Shown: positions 38,681 to 54,112, counted from the stretch's first letter. The stretch is 64,000 nt of DNA from Eledone cirrhosa (GCA_964016885.1 OZ024751.1:31372001-31436000); one strand, 5' to 3'. Notes: generated by a model from the letters alone, not told the origin. Made by a program: numbers and translations.

Positions 38681-38968
38681 AAAGCTATGCTGTAACACAT
38701 TCTCCATTCTGTCCTCTGGGACCATGATGAACCTTTGGTGGAGTTCTGCTCACTAGGGACCATTCTCCCAAATGGCCCACGTTTGTATCAATAGGGTATG
38801 ATATAAGGTAGCTATACTAACAGACTTACGATTCCACTGCAAGTGATGGGGTGGAAGTAACACTGGATAGAATTGTCAAGATAGACATGTCAAGTTGGAA
38901 ATGAATCACAAAGTGTGGGGAGGATGTTTACAATTGACAGTTTAGAAGTGTGGGGATATGTGTGTGTG

Positions 38969-39017
<49 letters not shown>

Positions 39018-39077
39018 TATATAAATAAATATATATAAATATATATATATATATACATTATATAAATAAATATATAT

Positions 39078-40040
39078 AAATAGTGGACAGCTTCCGTTAC
39101 CTGGGTGACAAAATCAGCAGTGGGGGAGGGTGCTCTAAAAGTACAGTAGCTAGAGTCAGAACTGGGTGGAAAAAGTTCAGAGAGCTCATACCGCTATTAG
39201 CCGCTAAAGGGTTCTCCCTAAAAATGAAAGGCAGGTTGTACGATGCCTGCATACGAACAGCAATGTTGCATGGCAGTGAGACCTGGGCATTGTGTGCAGA
39301 GGATATACGCAGACTAGAGAGGAACGAAGCTTGCATGCTCCGCTGGATGTGTAATAGTAATATACGTGAACGGCAAAGCATGAACGAACTAAGGAAAAAA
39401 TTAGAAATAAGAGGGATCAGATGTTGTTTACTCGAGAGAAGGCTACGTTTGTATGGTCACGTGATGCGCATGAAGGACGATAGCTGTATAACAAAGTGCA
39501 GGGCAATAAAGATAGACCCAGAAAAACCCAGAAAAACCTGGGACGAGCTGATAAATTCCGACCTCACACACTTACACCTCACCAAGGACAATGTCACTGG
39601 ACCGAGACCTTTGGCGGTACTCAGTAATAGAGAAGACCCGCCTTACCTAAATACAAAGTAAAACCTACTACAGTCAGTAGGCATCTCTAACAAAATACAC
39701 CCCCGTCCGACCACCCCCACCCCATCCACACCGCCCCTTTCAATGTAAAGTTATGTTGGTGCCACAACATCCAGCCCGAAACAAATGAGATCGTGTAGGT
39801 GTCACGTCAAAAAAACACACAGTTCACGCTGTAATGTGGCCGTGTAGGCAACACGGTAAAAACCTCCCAGCCCCACACTGTAAATGTGGTTGGTGTTAGG
39901 AAGGGCATCCAGCTGTAGAAAAACCCGCCAGATAGTCCTATGCGAGCAAGATAACCACTCTTGCCTCAAGTGGGAAAACCCTCCGTCCAAACCCATGCAA
40001 GCGTGGAACACGGACGTTAAACGATGATGATGATGATGAT
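39078..40040 (+). mobile_element. RTE family A, 5'-truncated copy 2
   Basis: Highly similar to 31741-32831 including the 3' UTR; (GAT)n tail. Confidence 0.95.
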
Positions 40041-40043
40041 AAT

Positions 40044-40394
40044 ATCATTTTCATTTTTCATCATCATTTCATTTTACGTCCGCTTTTCCCTGCTTGCAAG
40101 GGTGGGACGGGAACTGATTTTGGCTTGATTTCTACAGCTGGATGCCCTTCCTAACACCAACCTCATTTACAGTGAGTGCTGGGTGCTTTTTTGCCGTGGC
40201 GCCTACACGTCCACTTTGCAGTGGAATGATGGGAACCCAGTCCCTATCATCTCATTTCTACAGCTGAGTAAACTGGAGCAATGTGAAATAAAGTGTCTTG
40301 CTCAAGGAAACAACACATCACCCGGTCTGAGAATTGAACTCACAACCTTTCAATTGCAAGGCCAATGCTCTAACCACTAAGCCATGTGCCTCCA
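40044..40394 (-). mobile_element. S1 SINE, full length, RTE-B-type tail
   Basis: Reverse complement of the 14809-15143 type. Confidence 0.92.
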
Positions 40395-40407
40395 TGAATA
40401 TATATAT

Positions 40408-43098
40408 CACAATGACAGAGGACGGAGACATCGTTATGCTAGCAGGAGACTTCAATGGTCATGTTGGACAGCTCCAGGATGGTTACACTGGGGTACATGG
40501 TGGGCACGGTTACGGCTCAAGAAATGAAGAAGGAGTGAGACTTCTTGAATTTTGTGATGCGAGTACATTGACTATTTGCAGCACAAACTTCCAGAAACCT
40601 GCCAATCACCTAATAACCTACAAATCTGGTGAGCACATAAGCCAGATTGACTTCTTACTAGATAGGCAGCGGGACAGGCAGATAGTGTCTAATACCAAGG
40701 CATACCTTGGGGAAGAATGTACCCCACAGCATAGGTTAGTTGTTAGTGATATCTCAGTAAGCAAGAGATGGAATGAGACATATAGGAAGGTGTGGAGAAG
40801 AAAGGTCTGGAAGCTAAAAGACCTTTCACTAAAATACAAATTTAGTAAAGCCCTTCAAGATGTATATGACGAAAAAGAAGACGATTTAGAGACATATGAC
40901 ATAGATAATAACTGGAATTTCTTACGTGACAACTTGCTGCAGGCTACTGATGAAACTTGTGGCTGGAGCAGAGCTCCAACCAGACAGAGAGTGACCTGGT
41001 GGTGGAACAGCACAGTAGATAAGGCCATTAGAGATAAAAGACTAGCATGGAAGGCTTGGAAAAAGAGTGGGAGTAGGGAAGAATATACAGCCACTAAGAG
41101 AGAAGCTAGATGTCAGGTGTACTTAGCACGCAGGGAGGCGGAGAGTAGGAGGTTTGCCAATGTTCTGCGACGGGAAGATCAGAGGCGTGCGGTGTTCCAC
41201 ATTGCAAGGCAGTGTGTCAATGCAAATCAGGATGTTGTTGGAGATAAATGTGTCCGGGATGATGCCGGTGTACTTAGTGTCACGAATGATCAGAAAAAGG
41301 AGGCCTGGAAATGTCATTATGAGAGACTGATGAATGTGGAGAACGAATGGGAGAGAGAGAAATTACTCTTAGTAGATCCGACAGAGGGACCAGCTATTGA
41401 GATTGACGAATATAGGGTCCAAGAGGCGATTAGGGAAATGAAAAATGGTAAGGCTGCTGGACCATCGGGAATAGTTGCTGAGATGCTGAAGGCATCAGGG
41501 GATGTAGGCACTAAACTGGTTGCACGCATCATCAATCAGGCTATATATGGTGGTGTCATACCCAAATACTGGTGCAGCAGTATTCTCATAAATTGCTACA
41601 AAGGTAAAGGGGATGCTCTGGAGAGGAGCAATTATAGGGGTATAAAACTGATAGATCAGGTTATGAAAGTGGCAGAAAGGATATTAGCACAACTAATTAG
41701 AGAACGGGTCAAACTAGATGAGATGCAGTTTGGTTTTGTGCCTGGGAAGAGTACAAGAGATGCCCTCTTCTTGGCGAGACAATTGCAAGAGAGGTTCTTA
41801 GAGAAAAATAAGCCACTATACTTAGCCTTTGTTGACCTAGAGAAGGCCTTTGATAGGGTACCCCGATCTGTCATCTGGTGGTCCCTAAGGAAGCTAGGTG
41901 TTGAGGAATGGCTTGTGAGGACAGTGCAAACTTTGTACAGAGGTACTCTCAGTAAAGTCAGGGTAGGAATGGAGTTTAGTGAGGAATTCCAGATACAAGT
42001 AGGCGTACATCAGGGTTCGGTCCTCAGCCCGCTCTTGTTCATTATAGTCCTCCAAGCCATAACAGAGGAGTTTAAGACTGGCTGTCCATGAGAACTTCTC
42101 TATGCTGACGATCTGGTTCTTATAGCAGAATCAGTAGAGGAGCTAGAGAATAAATTCTGGCTATGGAAACAGCAGTTGGAAGCAAGAGGACTGAGAGTGA
42201 ACCTAGCTAAGACAAAAGTGTTGATGAGTAGAAAAGAGGACAAAACCCTGATTCCGTCAGGGAAATGGCCATGTTCGATATGCAGAAAAGGAACTGGCAT
42301 AAATTCTATAAAATGCACACAATGCAGATCCTGGGTACACAAGAGATGTAGCGGGATAGCAGGCAAACTAACAGGTAGGGAGAAATATGTATGCAGTAGA
42401 TGTACAGGGAAATTAGGACAGTAGAAGTCGCATTGATAGACACATTTTTCAAATGCGAGAGGGCGCTATAGAAGTGGTGGATAGCTTCCGGTACCTAGGA
42501 GATCAGATTAGCATGGGAGGAGGGTGTTCCGAGGCCATAGTATCTAGAATAAGGACGGGTTGGAAGAAGTTTAGGGAGCTGCTTCCTCTGTTGACGAAGA
42601 AGGGTTTCTCCCTGCGTACGAAAGGCCGGTTGTATGATGCCTGTGTGAGGAGCGCGATGCTGCATGGTAGTGAGACATGGGCAGCTACCGCAGAAGATAT
42701 GCGACGGCTGGAGAGAAATGAGGCAAGCATGCTCCGTTGGATGTGCAGTGTAAATGTGCGTGAACGACCCAGCATAAATGTGTGAGAGAGAAACTGTGTC
42801 TGAGAGGGATAGAATGTAGTGTACGGGAGAGGAGACTGAGGTGGTATGGACATGTGATGCGCATGGAGGATGACCGATGGGTGAAGAAGTGCCAGGAAAT
42901 GCCAGTTGAAGGAAGACGTAGTAGAGGTAGACCACGAAAAACATGGGCGGAGGTGGTGAGAACAGACCTCAGATCATTGAAGCTCATGGTGGAGATGACG
43001 AGGGACCGTGACGAGTGGAGAGATGCTGTGCTGAATAAGACCCGTCCCACCCTTGCAAGCAGGGAAAAGCGGACGTAAAATGATGATGATGATGATGA
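40408..43098 (+). mobile_element. RTE-clade LINE family B, long copy (partial APE endonuclease, RT, PHD-type insert), inactivated
   Basis: GDFNGHVG, YKSG..SQIDF, TPQHRLVV (APE); [43 protein letters not shown]; premature TGA at 42089 (W codon) and later frameshifts; (GAT)n tail. Confidence 0.96.
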
Positions 43099-43396
43099 TA
43101 TATATATACGATATATATGATATATATATATATATGATATATATATATATATGATATATATATATATGATATATATATATATATGATATATATATATATA
43201 TGATATATATATATATATGATATATATATATGATATATATATATATGATATATATATATATATGATATATATATATATATGATATATATATATATGATAT
43301 ATATATATATGATATATATATATATGATATATATATATATATGATATATATATATATATGATATATATATATATGATATATATATATATATATATA

Positions 43397-43582
43397 ATTG
43401 TTTCTACTTTAGGCACAAGGCCAGCAATTACCCAGCATTACTGGTACTTTATTTTATCGGCCCCGTAAGGATGAAAGGCAAAGTCAACCTCGGCGGGATT
43501 TGAACTTAGATCGTAAAGGGACGTAACTATGCTGGAAAGCATGGCGTCCGACCCTCTACCGATACTGCCAATCCACCCCCCT
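43397..43582 (-). mobile_element. S2 SINE
   Basis: Reverse complement of the 37977-38162 type. Confidence 0.88.
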
Positions 43583-43951
43583 CTATATATATATATATAT
43601 ATATATAATGATATATATATATATAACATATATATATCATATATATATATATATCATATATATATCATATATATCATATATATATATATATATATCATAT
43701 ATATATATATATATCATATATATATATATATCATATATATATATATATATATATATATCATATATATATATATATCATATATATATATTATATATATATA
43801 TATATAGGATATATATATATAATATATATTATATATATATATATATCATATATATATATATATATATATATCATATATATATATCATATATATATATATA
43901 GGATATATATATAATATATATTATATATATATATAGGATATATATATATAT

Positions 43952-43982
<31 letters not shown>

Positions 43983-44057
43983 CATATATATATATATATG
44001 ATATATATATATATATATGATATATATATGATATATATATATATATATATATATATG

Positions 44058-44086
<29 letters not shown>

Positions 44087-44088
<2 letters not shown>

Positions 44089-44718
44089 ATCAGATGTTTA
44101 CTCGAGAGAAGACTACGTTGGTATGGTCACGTGATGCGCATGAAAGACGACAGCTGTATAAAAAAGTGCAGGGCAATAAAAATAGACAGTAGCCACGGAG
44201 TAGGCAGACCCAGAAAAACCTGGGACGACTTGATAAATTCCGACCTCACACACTTACACTTCTCCAAGACAATGTCACTGGACCGAGAGCTTTGGCGCTA
44301 CACAGTATATAGAGAAGACTCGCCTTATCTAAGTACAAAGTGAAACCTACTACAGTCAGTAGACACCTCTAACAAAATACACCCCCGTCCCACTACCCCC
44401 ACCCCATCCACACCACCCCTTCAATGTAAAGTTATGTTGGTGTCACAACATCCAGCCCGAAACAAATGAGGTATTGTAGGTGTCACGACAAAAAAACACA
44501 CAGTACACGCTGTAATGTGGCCGTGTAGGTAACACGGTAAAAACCTCCCAGCCCCACACTGTAAATGTGGTTGGTGTTAGGAAGGGCATCCAACTGTAGA
44601 AAACCCGCCAGACAGTCCTATGCGAGCAAGACAACCACTCTTGCCTCAAGTGGGAAAACCCCCGTCCAAACCCATGCAAGCGTGGAATATGGACGTTAAA
44701 CGATGATGATGATGATGA
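44087..44718 (+). mobile_element. RTE family A, 5'-truncated copy 3
   Basis: HVMRMKDDSCIKKCRAIKID...RPRKTWDD, the same 3' UTR, (GAT)n tail. Confidence 0.93.
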
Positions 44719-44818
44719 TATGATAGATATATGATATATATATATGATATATATATATATATATGATATATATATATATATATGATATATATATGATATA
44801 TATATATATATATATATG

Positions 44819-44849
<31 letters not shown>

Positions 44850-44870
44850 ATATATATATATATATATATG

Positions 44871-44901
<31 letters not shown>

Positions 44902-44966
44902 ATATATATATATATATATATGATATATATATATATATATGATATATATATATATATATATATATA

Positions 44967-45005
<39 letters not shown>

Positions 45006-45228
45006 ATATATATATATATGATATATATATATATATATATATATGATATATATATATATATATATGATATATATGATATATATATATATATATATATATG
45101 ATATATATATATATATGATATATATGATATATATATATATATGATATATATATGATATATATATGATATATATATATATATATATATATGATATATATAT
45201 ATGATATATATATATATATATATATATG

Positions 45229-45265
<37 letters not shown>

Positions 45266-45290
45266 ATATATATATATATATATATATATG

Positions 45291-45325
<35 letters not shown>

Positions 45326-45380
45326 ATATATATATATATGATATATATATATATGATATATATATATATATATATATATG

Positions 45381-45458
<78 letters not shown>

Positions 45459-45603
45459 ATATATATATATATATATGATATATATATATATATGATATAT
45501 ATATATATATGATATATATATATATATATATATATGATATATATATATATATATATGATATATATATATATATATATATATGATATATATATATATATAT
45601 ATA

Positions 45604-45658
<55 letters not shown>

Positions 45659-45794
45659 ATATATATATATATATATGATATATATATATATATATATGAT
45701 ATATATATATATATATATATGATATATATATATATATATATATATGATATATATATATATATATATATGATATATATATATATATATATATATG

Positions 45795-45825
<31 letters not shown>

Positions 45826-45900
45826 ATATATATATATATATATATATATGATATATATATATATATATATATATATGATATATATATATATATATATATG

Positions 45901-45931
<31 letters not shown>

Positions 45932-46163
45932 ATATATATATATATATATATATCAATATATATATATATATATATATATGATATATATATATATATATAT
46001 GATATATATATATATATATATATATGATATATATATATATATATGATATATATATATATATATATGATATATATATATATATATATATATGATATATATA
46101 TATATATATATATGATATATATATGATATATATATATATATATATGATATATATATATATATG

Positions 46164-46194
<31 letters not shown>

Positions 46195-46381
46195 ATACAT
46201 ATATATATATATATGATATGATATATATATATATATATATATGATATATATATATATATATGATATATATATATATATATGATATATATATATATATATA
46301 TATATATGATATATATATATATATATATATATGATATATATACATATATATATATGATATATATATATATGATATATATAT

Positions 46382-46414
<33 letters not shown>

Positions 46415-46625
46415 GATATATATATATATATATATGATATATATATATATATATACGATATATATATATATATGATATATATATATATATATATATATGA
46501 TATATATATATATATGATATATATATATATATATATGATATATATATATATATATATATATGATATATATATATATATATACGATATATATATATATATA
46601 TATATGATATATATATATATATATA

Positions 46626-46678
<53 letters not shown>

Positions 46679-46741
46679 ATATATATATATATATATATAT
46701 ATGATATATATATATATATATGATATATATATATATATATA

Positions 46742-46776
<35 letters not shown>

Positions 46777-46854
46777 ATATATATATATGATATATATATA
46801 TATATATATGATATATATATATATATATATGATATATATATATATATATATATA

Positions 46855-46891
<37 letters not shown>

Positions 46892-46929
46892 ATATATATA
46901 TATATATATGATATATATATATATATATA

Positions 46930-46974
<45 letters not shown>

Positions 46975-47451
46975 ATATATATATATATATATGATATATA
47001 TATATATATATGATATATATATATATATGATATATATATATATATATATATATATGATATATATATATATATATGATATATATATATATATATGATATAT
47101 ATATATATATATGATATATATATATATATATGATATATATATATATATATATATATGATATATATATATATATATGATATATATATATATATATATATGA
47201 TATATATATATATGATATATATATATATGATATATATATATATATATATGATAAATATATATATATATAATATATATATGATATATATATATATGATATA
47301 TATATATATATGATATATATATATGATATATATATATATATGATATATATATATATATATGATATATATATATATGATATATATGATACATATATATATA
47401 TATATGATAAATATATATATATATAATATATATATGATATATATATATATA

Positions 47452-47488
<37 letters not shown>

Positions 47489-47511
47489 ATATATATATAT
47501 ATATATATATA

Positions 47512-47548
<37 letters not shown>

Positions 47549-47600
47549 ATATATATATATATATATATATATGATATATATATATATATATATATAAATA

Positions 47601-47639
<39 letters not shown>

Positions 47640-47654
47640 ATATATATATATATG

Positions 47655-47685
<31 letters not shown>

Positions 47686-47977
47686 ATATATATATATATA
47701 TATATATGATATATATATATATATATATATATGATATATATATATATATATATATGATATATATATATATATATGATATATATATGATATATATATATAT
47801 ATATGATATATATATATATATATATGATATATATATATATGATATATATATATATGATATATATATATATATATATATGATAGATATATATATGATATAT
47901 ATAATATATATATATATGATATATATATGATATATATATGATATATATGATATATATATGATATATATATATATATG

Positions 47978-48008
<31 letters not shown>

Positions 48009-48044
48009 GATAATATATATATATGATATATATATATATATATG

Positions 48045-48075
<31 letters not shown>

Positions 48076-48090
48076 GATAATATATATATA

Positions 48091-48125
<35 letters not shown>

Positions 48126-48436
48126 ATATATATAATATATATATATATATGATATATATATAATATATATATATATATGATATATATATAATATATATAT
48201 ATGATATATATATATAATATATATATGATATATATATATGATATATATATAATATATATATATGATATATATATATCATATATATGATATATATATATAT
48301 ATATATATATGATATATATATATATGATATATATATATATATATATATGATAGATATATATATGATATATATAATATATATATATATGATATATATATGA
48401 TATATATGATATATATATGATATATATATATATATG

Positions 48437-48467
<31 letters not shown>

Positions 48468-48824
48468 GATAATATATATATGATATATATCATATATATA
48501 TATATATATGATATAATATATATCATATATAATATATATGATATATTATATATGATATATTATATATGATATATATTATATCATATATATATATATGATA
48601 TATATATATCATATATATCATATATATATGATATATATGATATATATCATATATATATGATATATATGATATATATCATATTATATATGATATATATCAT
48701 ATATATGACTTTGCCTTTCATCCTTACGGGGTCGATAAAATAAAGTACCAGTAATGAACTGGGTAATTGCTGGCCTTGTGCCTAAAGTAGAAACAAATAT
48801 ATATATATGATATATATATATATG

Positions 48825-48855
<31 letters not shown>

Positions 48856-49580
48856 GATATATATATATATATCATATATATATATATATGATATATATGA
48901 TATATATATATATATATGATATATATATAATATATATATATATATGATATATATATAATATATATATATGATATATATATATAATATATATATGATATAT
49001 ATATATGATATATATATAATATATATATATCATATATATATATCATATATATGATATATATATATCATATATATGATATATATCATATATAATATGATAT
49101 ATATCATATATATCATATATATATGATATATATCATATATATCATATATATATGATATATATGATATATATATATCATATATATATATATGATATAATAT
49201 ATATCATATATAATATATCATATATATTATATATGATATATATTATATCATATATATATATATATATGATATATATATAATATATATATATATATAACAT
49301 ATATATATATATATATATGTATATAATTATATATAATATATATAATATATATATATATATATACATAATAATATATAATATGTATAATATATATATATAT
49401 AATATGTATATAATTATATATAATATGTATATAATTATATATAATATACATATATATATAATTATATATAATATGTATAATTATATATAATATGTATATA
49501 ATTATATATAATATGTATATAATTATATATAATATACATATATATAATATACATATATATATATATATATATAATATATA
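44719..49580. repeat. About 4.9-kb G-punctuated (AT)n microsatellite [G(AT)n]m
   Basis: Direct inspection; a truncated S2 SINE sits at about 48707-48797. Confidence 0.95.
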
Positions 49581-49704
49581 TATGCTCCAGCATGGCCTCA
49601 GCCGGATGGCTGAAACAGGTAAAAGAGTATATATATATATATATATAAATAAAATATATATCCTTCAACAGTATGCATTTATGTGTATGTAAAGATTTTT
49701 TGTG

Positions 49705-49749
<45 letters not shown>

Positions 49750-50545
49750 ATCATGTGTATATATGGTGTGTAGAGTTTATATATGGTATGTATTTGTATG
49801 TAGAATGTAAGTTTGGCAGTGCCTGTTATTGATCAACGTCTGCAGCAAAACTGAGAAATGACGACGACGATGATGAAGATGTTGGCGTTGGTGATGATAA
49901 TAAATATCATTAGTATGAGGAAGGGGGGAGAGAAAGAGTTAGTAGCGGGAAGGAGTCAGAAGCCAGTATCCTGAAGAGAGAAGGAGGGAAACAGAGGGAG
50001 GGGAGGGGAAGGGAAGAGAGAGAATGAGAGAAATTAAAGAAACCAAAGGGAAAGGCAAAAAGGTAAAAGAGTGGGGTGGGGGTGTTGGCAGCAGCTCACG
50101 TGAACACTGGTGAAGAAGAAGAAGAAGAAGAAGAAGAAGAAGAAAAGCTGAAGAAGAAGAAGAGCAGCTGAAGAAGACAGAAAAACAGAAGTGAGAAGGA
50201 GATGAAGAAGACAGAAGATGGGATTGCCCATCTTTGAATGCCATTCCGATAGTGGAACCCCGTTTTAGGAGCAACAAGCCTTCACTTTCTACTGAAAGAC
50301 GAAAAACGAGAGAGATGGAAGAGAGAGGAGTGAGAGATGAGACAGACGGTAATTTAAGGGCACAGTCATTTAAAAACGATTTTTAAAAAATGATAATAAA
50401 TTAATAAATAAAATAATAATAAAGATATTATCATTATTATAAATATATTTTGGCAGAATGTAACAAGTCTGCAAATGGTTGGAATCACCGTGTAAAATAT
50501 TTTGCTAATAAAATAAGTAATGGTTTTGAAACACACGTATGTGTA

Positions 50546-50577
<32 letters not shown>

Positions 50578-51177
50578 ATATTGTGTACATACACACATGT
50601 ATGGGTCTTACTTTAGTGTGTATGCACGAGGAAAGGATGCCTGCATACACACGTGTGTGTCTGTGTGCTTTAGAAACTGATAACGAATAGTAGTAGAAAC
50701 GGTGATGATAGTTCGTACCATTAAGATTATTTATAATCGATTAAATCGATCTCTAGAAATTGGTTGGTATTTATTTAAATTGTCCCATGGAAGGATGACA
50801 ACAAAGTTGGATACTAAATGGGATTTGAAGTCCTGACGTACAGGGGAAATATAATGATATGTTGTGAAGTGCATGCTGTTTCCTCTGATATAATTTAGCT
50901 TTAGAAGCCTAAACGAAATGGCTCCAACGTTCTTTAATAATAATAAAGTAATTATTAAAATCAAAACATAACAAATACCCTAAAAGTGGGGATACCTCCA
51001 CAAGTGTCCCTCGGATACTCCACAAGTATCCCCACTTTTGGGGAATTTATGCTTTAATTTTTTTTAATGTATATTTATTTAGTCTTCGTTATAAACCTTT
51101 ATCTCACAGAAAAAAAACTCACACTGTACCGCTCCTATTGTCCTCTTAAGGTAAACCCTGTGTGGTTAAACAAACCA

Positions 51178-51390
51178 TTGGTGGGATTGGCAGTAATCGG
51201 TAGAGCGTCGGACATGATTTGCGGTATATAGTTATGGCCATTACATTGTGTTCAAATCCCACTTAGGTTAGCTTTGCCTTTCATCCTTACGGGGTCGATA
51301 AACTAAAGTACCAGTAAGGTACTGAGTCGATTTAATCGATTTACCCCTTCCCTTCAAATGACTGACCTTGTAACGAATGTAGAAACAATA
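51178..51390 (+). mobile_element. S2 SINE (older subfamily)
   Basis: GGTGGGATTGGCAGTAATCGG head, GTTCAAATCC, GCCTTTCATCCTTACGGGGTCGATAAAC. Confidence 0.82.
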
Positions 51391-51956
51391 TTATTTTCTG
51401 ATCCTTTAATAAAATAGAAGACCTCCTCATGTTTAATAAAGAGGATAAGTCACATGTTCTCACTATAAAGGATGTACTGAATGTCTGCGAACATTAGGGT
51501 AAATATAATCACCATCACCATTATCCTCATCACCATCAGCATCATCATCATCATCATTATTACCACTAGAAGAATATTATCCATTGGTGTAATAATTGTT
51601 TCTAGTTTTGGCACAAGGCCAGCAATTACCCAGTGTATTACTGGTACTTTATTTTATCAACCCCATAAGGATGAAAGGCAAAGTTAACCTCGGCTGTAAT
51701 AATAAACCGTTTTATCTATAATAGTTGTGGGTGTTTTGTCCCATATCAACCCAATTGTGTGTGTGTGTGTGTGATGGAAGGCATTCCATCCAGGACCATC
51801 CTATCTTTACAGGGGTATATAGAATTACAAGACGGTAAGGTGTTGTTTGATAAGAGATTGGGTTGAGAAACAGCGTCGAGGAGGGATGGGGGGAGGCCTC
51901 TTTGACTCGAATAAAGTGTCACAAACCTAAATATACACACTGTGTGTATATATATA

Positions 51957-52031
51957 TAGGGTGTCCCAAAAATGTATATACACTTTTATTAAAATGCTGT
52001 TGAAGTGAGTATACATTTTTGGGACACCCTG
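51957..52031. mobile_element. Tc1/mariner-type mini-MITE
   Basis: TIRs (T/C)AGGGTGTCCCAAAAATGTATA / TATACATTTTTGGGACACCCTG, flanked by TA. Confidence 0.8.
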
Positions 52032-52466
52032 TATATACATACACACACATATGTGTGTGCAATGTATGTGAGTGTATATATATATAGTGTGTGTAAAGGA
52101 GTTAGAGTTGTGGCATTCATGCATCTCCCGTTGGTCATTCGTTACACTAAAATTTAATGGAGTGCTATTTTCCCACCTAGGAACCGAAAATGTGTCGCAG
52201 ACTGTTGGCCGGATATTTACCGCCGAAATATGTTCCAGAAAAATTGGTAAATATTTGTTTCTACTTTAGGCACAAGGCCAGTAATTACCCAGTGTATTAC
52301 TGGTACTTTATTTTATCTGGTAAATATTAATTTATTGGAAGCAACAAGGTTTGAGAATTTTATGTTATCTATTTATTGTTTATTTTCATAAATGGGATGT
52401 TGTGGTATTCGTGAGTTTACAAAGAGTCTACCATGTATATGCATCTACACACATACCTACACACAC

Positions 52467-52523
52467 ATGGGCTTTCCTGATGATTTCCTTTGAATGAAAA
52501 AGCTCTAGTCCTGTAGAAGCCAT
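52467..52523 (+). ncRNA. Type I hammerhead ribozyme motif (family H1, copy 3)
   Basis: GGCTTTC-CTGATGA-TTTCCTTTGAAT-GAA-AAAG-ctctagtc-CTGT-A-GAAGCC; followed at 52556-52602 by an inverted copy of the element's upstream segment. Confidence 0.7.
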
Positions 52524-52616
52524 TTCTATATTAAATTTTGTATATACTCTACTAATGTATTGAGTACCTTACTTACTGTGGTTACCCTCGATTGAACCCG
52601 GGACTCATATATACAT

Positions 52617-52664
<48 letters not shown>

Positions 52665-52957
52665 CATACACACACATATATAGAGAGAGAGGGAGATAGG
52701 GGTGCTATAAAATGAAATCAGCAATATTTATGTTTATTAAATGAAGACATTGTCAGTAAGCAATCCCTTAAAAAGACATCAAGATGATATCTTAAGTTAT
52801 GAGAGATGAGGATGAAAACATGGGGAGACAGAAAGGGAGTGTATGTGTGAGAGAGGGAGAGAGAATGAGAGAGAGAGAGGAAAGACAAATACAGAGAAAA
52901 GGTGTGTGAGAAAGACAGAGAGAGAGACAGTATGTGTGAGAGACAGGGACAGACAGT

Positions 52958-53625
52958 GAGTTGTGTGGTGTCTCTCTAAATCTCTAAGTATGTGTTGTGT
53001 TTCTCCTCAGTCTAAGTATCTGTTGGGTTGTGTAGTGTCTTTCCTCTATATCTGTTGTGTGGTGTCTCTCTGTATCTGTTATTTAGTATGGTCTGTCTCC
53101 TAAGTATCTGTTGTGTTGTGTGTCTCAGTATCTGTTATGTGGTGTGTATCTCCTCTGTATTTATTGTATGGTCTATCTCCTCTGTACCTCTAAGTACCTG
53201 TTGTGTGGTGTCTCTCCTCTATCTAAGTATCTGTTGGGTTGTGTGGTATCGCTCCTCTATCTAAGTATCTGTTGGGTTGTGTGGTATCTCTCCTCTATCT
53301 AAGTATCTGTTGGGTTGTGTGGTGTCTCTCCTCTATATCTGTTGTGTAGTGTCTCTGTATCTGTTGTGTAGTGTCTCTCCTCTGTATCTGTTGTGTGGTG
53401 TCTCCCCTCTATATCTGTTGTGTGGTGTCTCTCCTCTATATCTGCTGTGTTGTGTGTCTCAGTATCTGTTATGTTGTGTCTCTCTTCTGTATCTGTTGTG
53501 GTGTGTATCTCCTCTGTATTTGTTGTGTAGTCTATCTCCTCTGTACCTCTAAGTACCTGTTGTGTTGTGTCTCTCCTCTATATATCTCTAAGTACCTGTT
53601 GTATGGTGTGGTGTCTCTCTTCTAT
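52958..53625. repeat. Degenerate 21-35-bp minisatellite (TATCTGTTGTGTGGTGTCTCTCCTCT core)
   Basis: About 20 diverged units. Confidence 0.85.
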
Positions 53626-54112
53626 GTTTCACTTGTAAAACTCAGCAGACGAACAACGAATGTGTGGTGAACATAAAGTGTTGGATCACTTTATTAGAAA
53701 CTGACTGCAGCAGTTTGTGTGTATGTATGTATATATATGTGATGGTAGGAAGCGTGTGAAGATATACACACCTCGTAAATACAGTATGTATAATACATAC
53801 ACACGTATAATACACACATACATATATGTCTGTGTACATATATTATGTGTGTGTGTATCTATATCTTGTGTGTGGTGTGTACATATATATATACATATAA
53901 TTTTGTGCGTGCATTTGTGTATATGTTGTGTAGACATACTTGTATACATAAGAAACCGTATTCACTGGTAAAACGAAAGAATATATATTTAAAAAATAGG
54001 TAATATTAATAAAATAATTGATATAACAACAGCTTGAATTTACTGTTTCGGCGAAAACAGAGAAATATTTAAATAACGATTGTGATGGGGGGAGGGAAAC
54101 AATTTTACTTAC

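Noticed and set aside
40334-42091. Intact active RTE ORF2 of 585 aa
   Set aside because: The N-terminus comes from the antisense SINE, the endonuclease is 5'-truncated, and there is a stop before YADD plus later frameshifts.
50985-51043. Short inverted repeat AAAAGTGGGGATAC/GTATCCCCACTTTT as a terminator or ncRNA
   Set aside because: More likely a MITE remnant; single copy in the window and no clear TSD.
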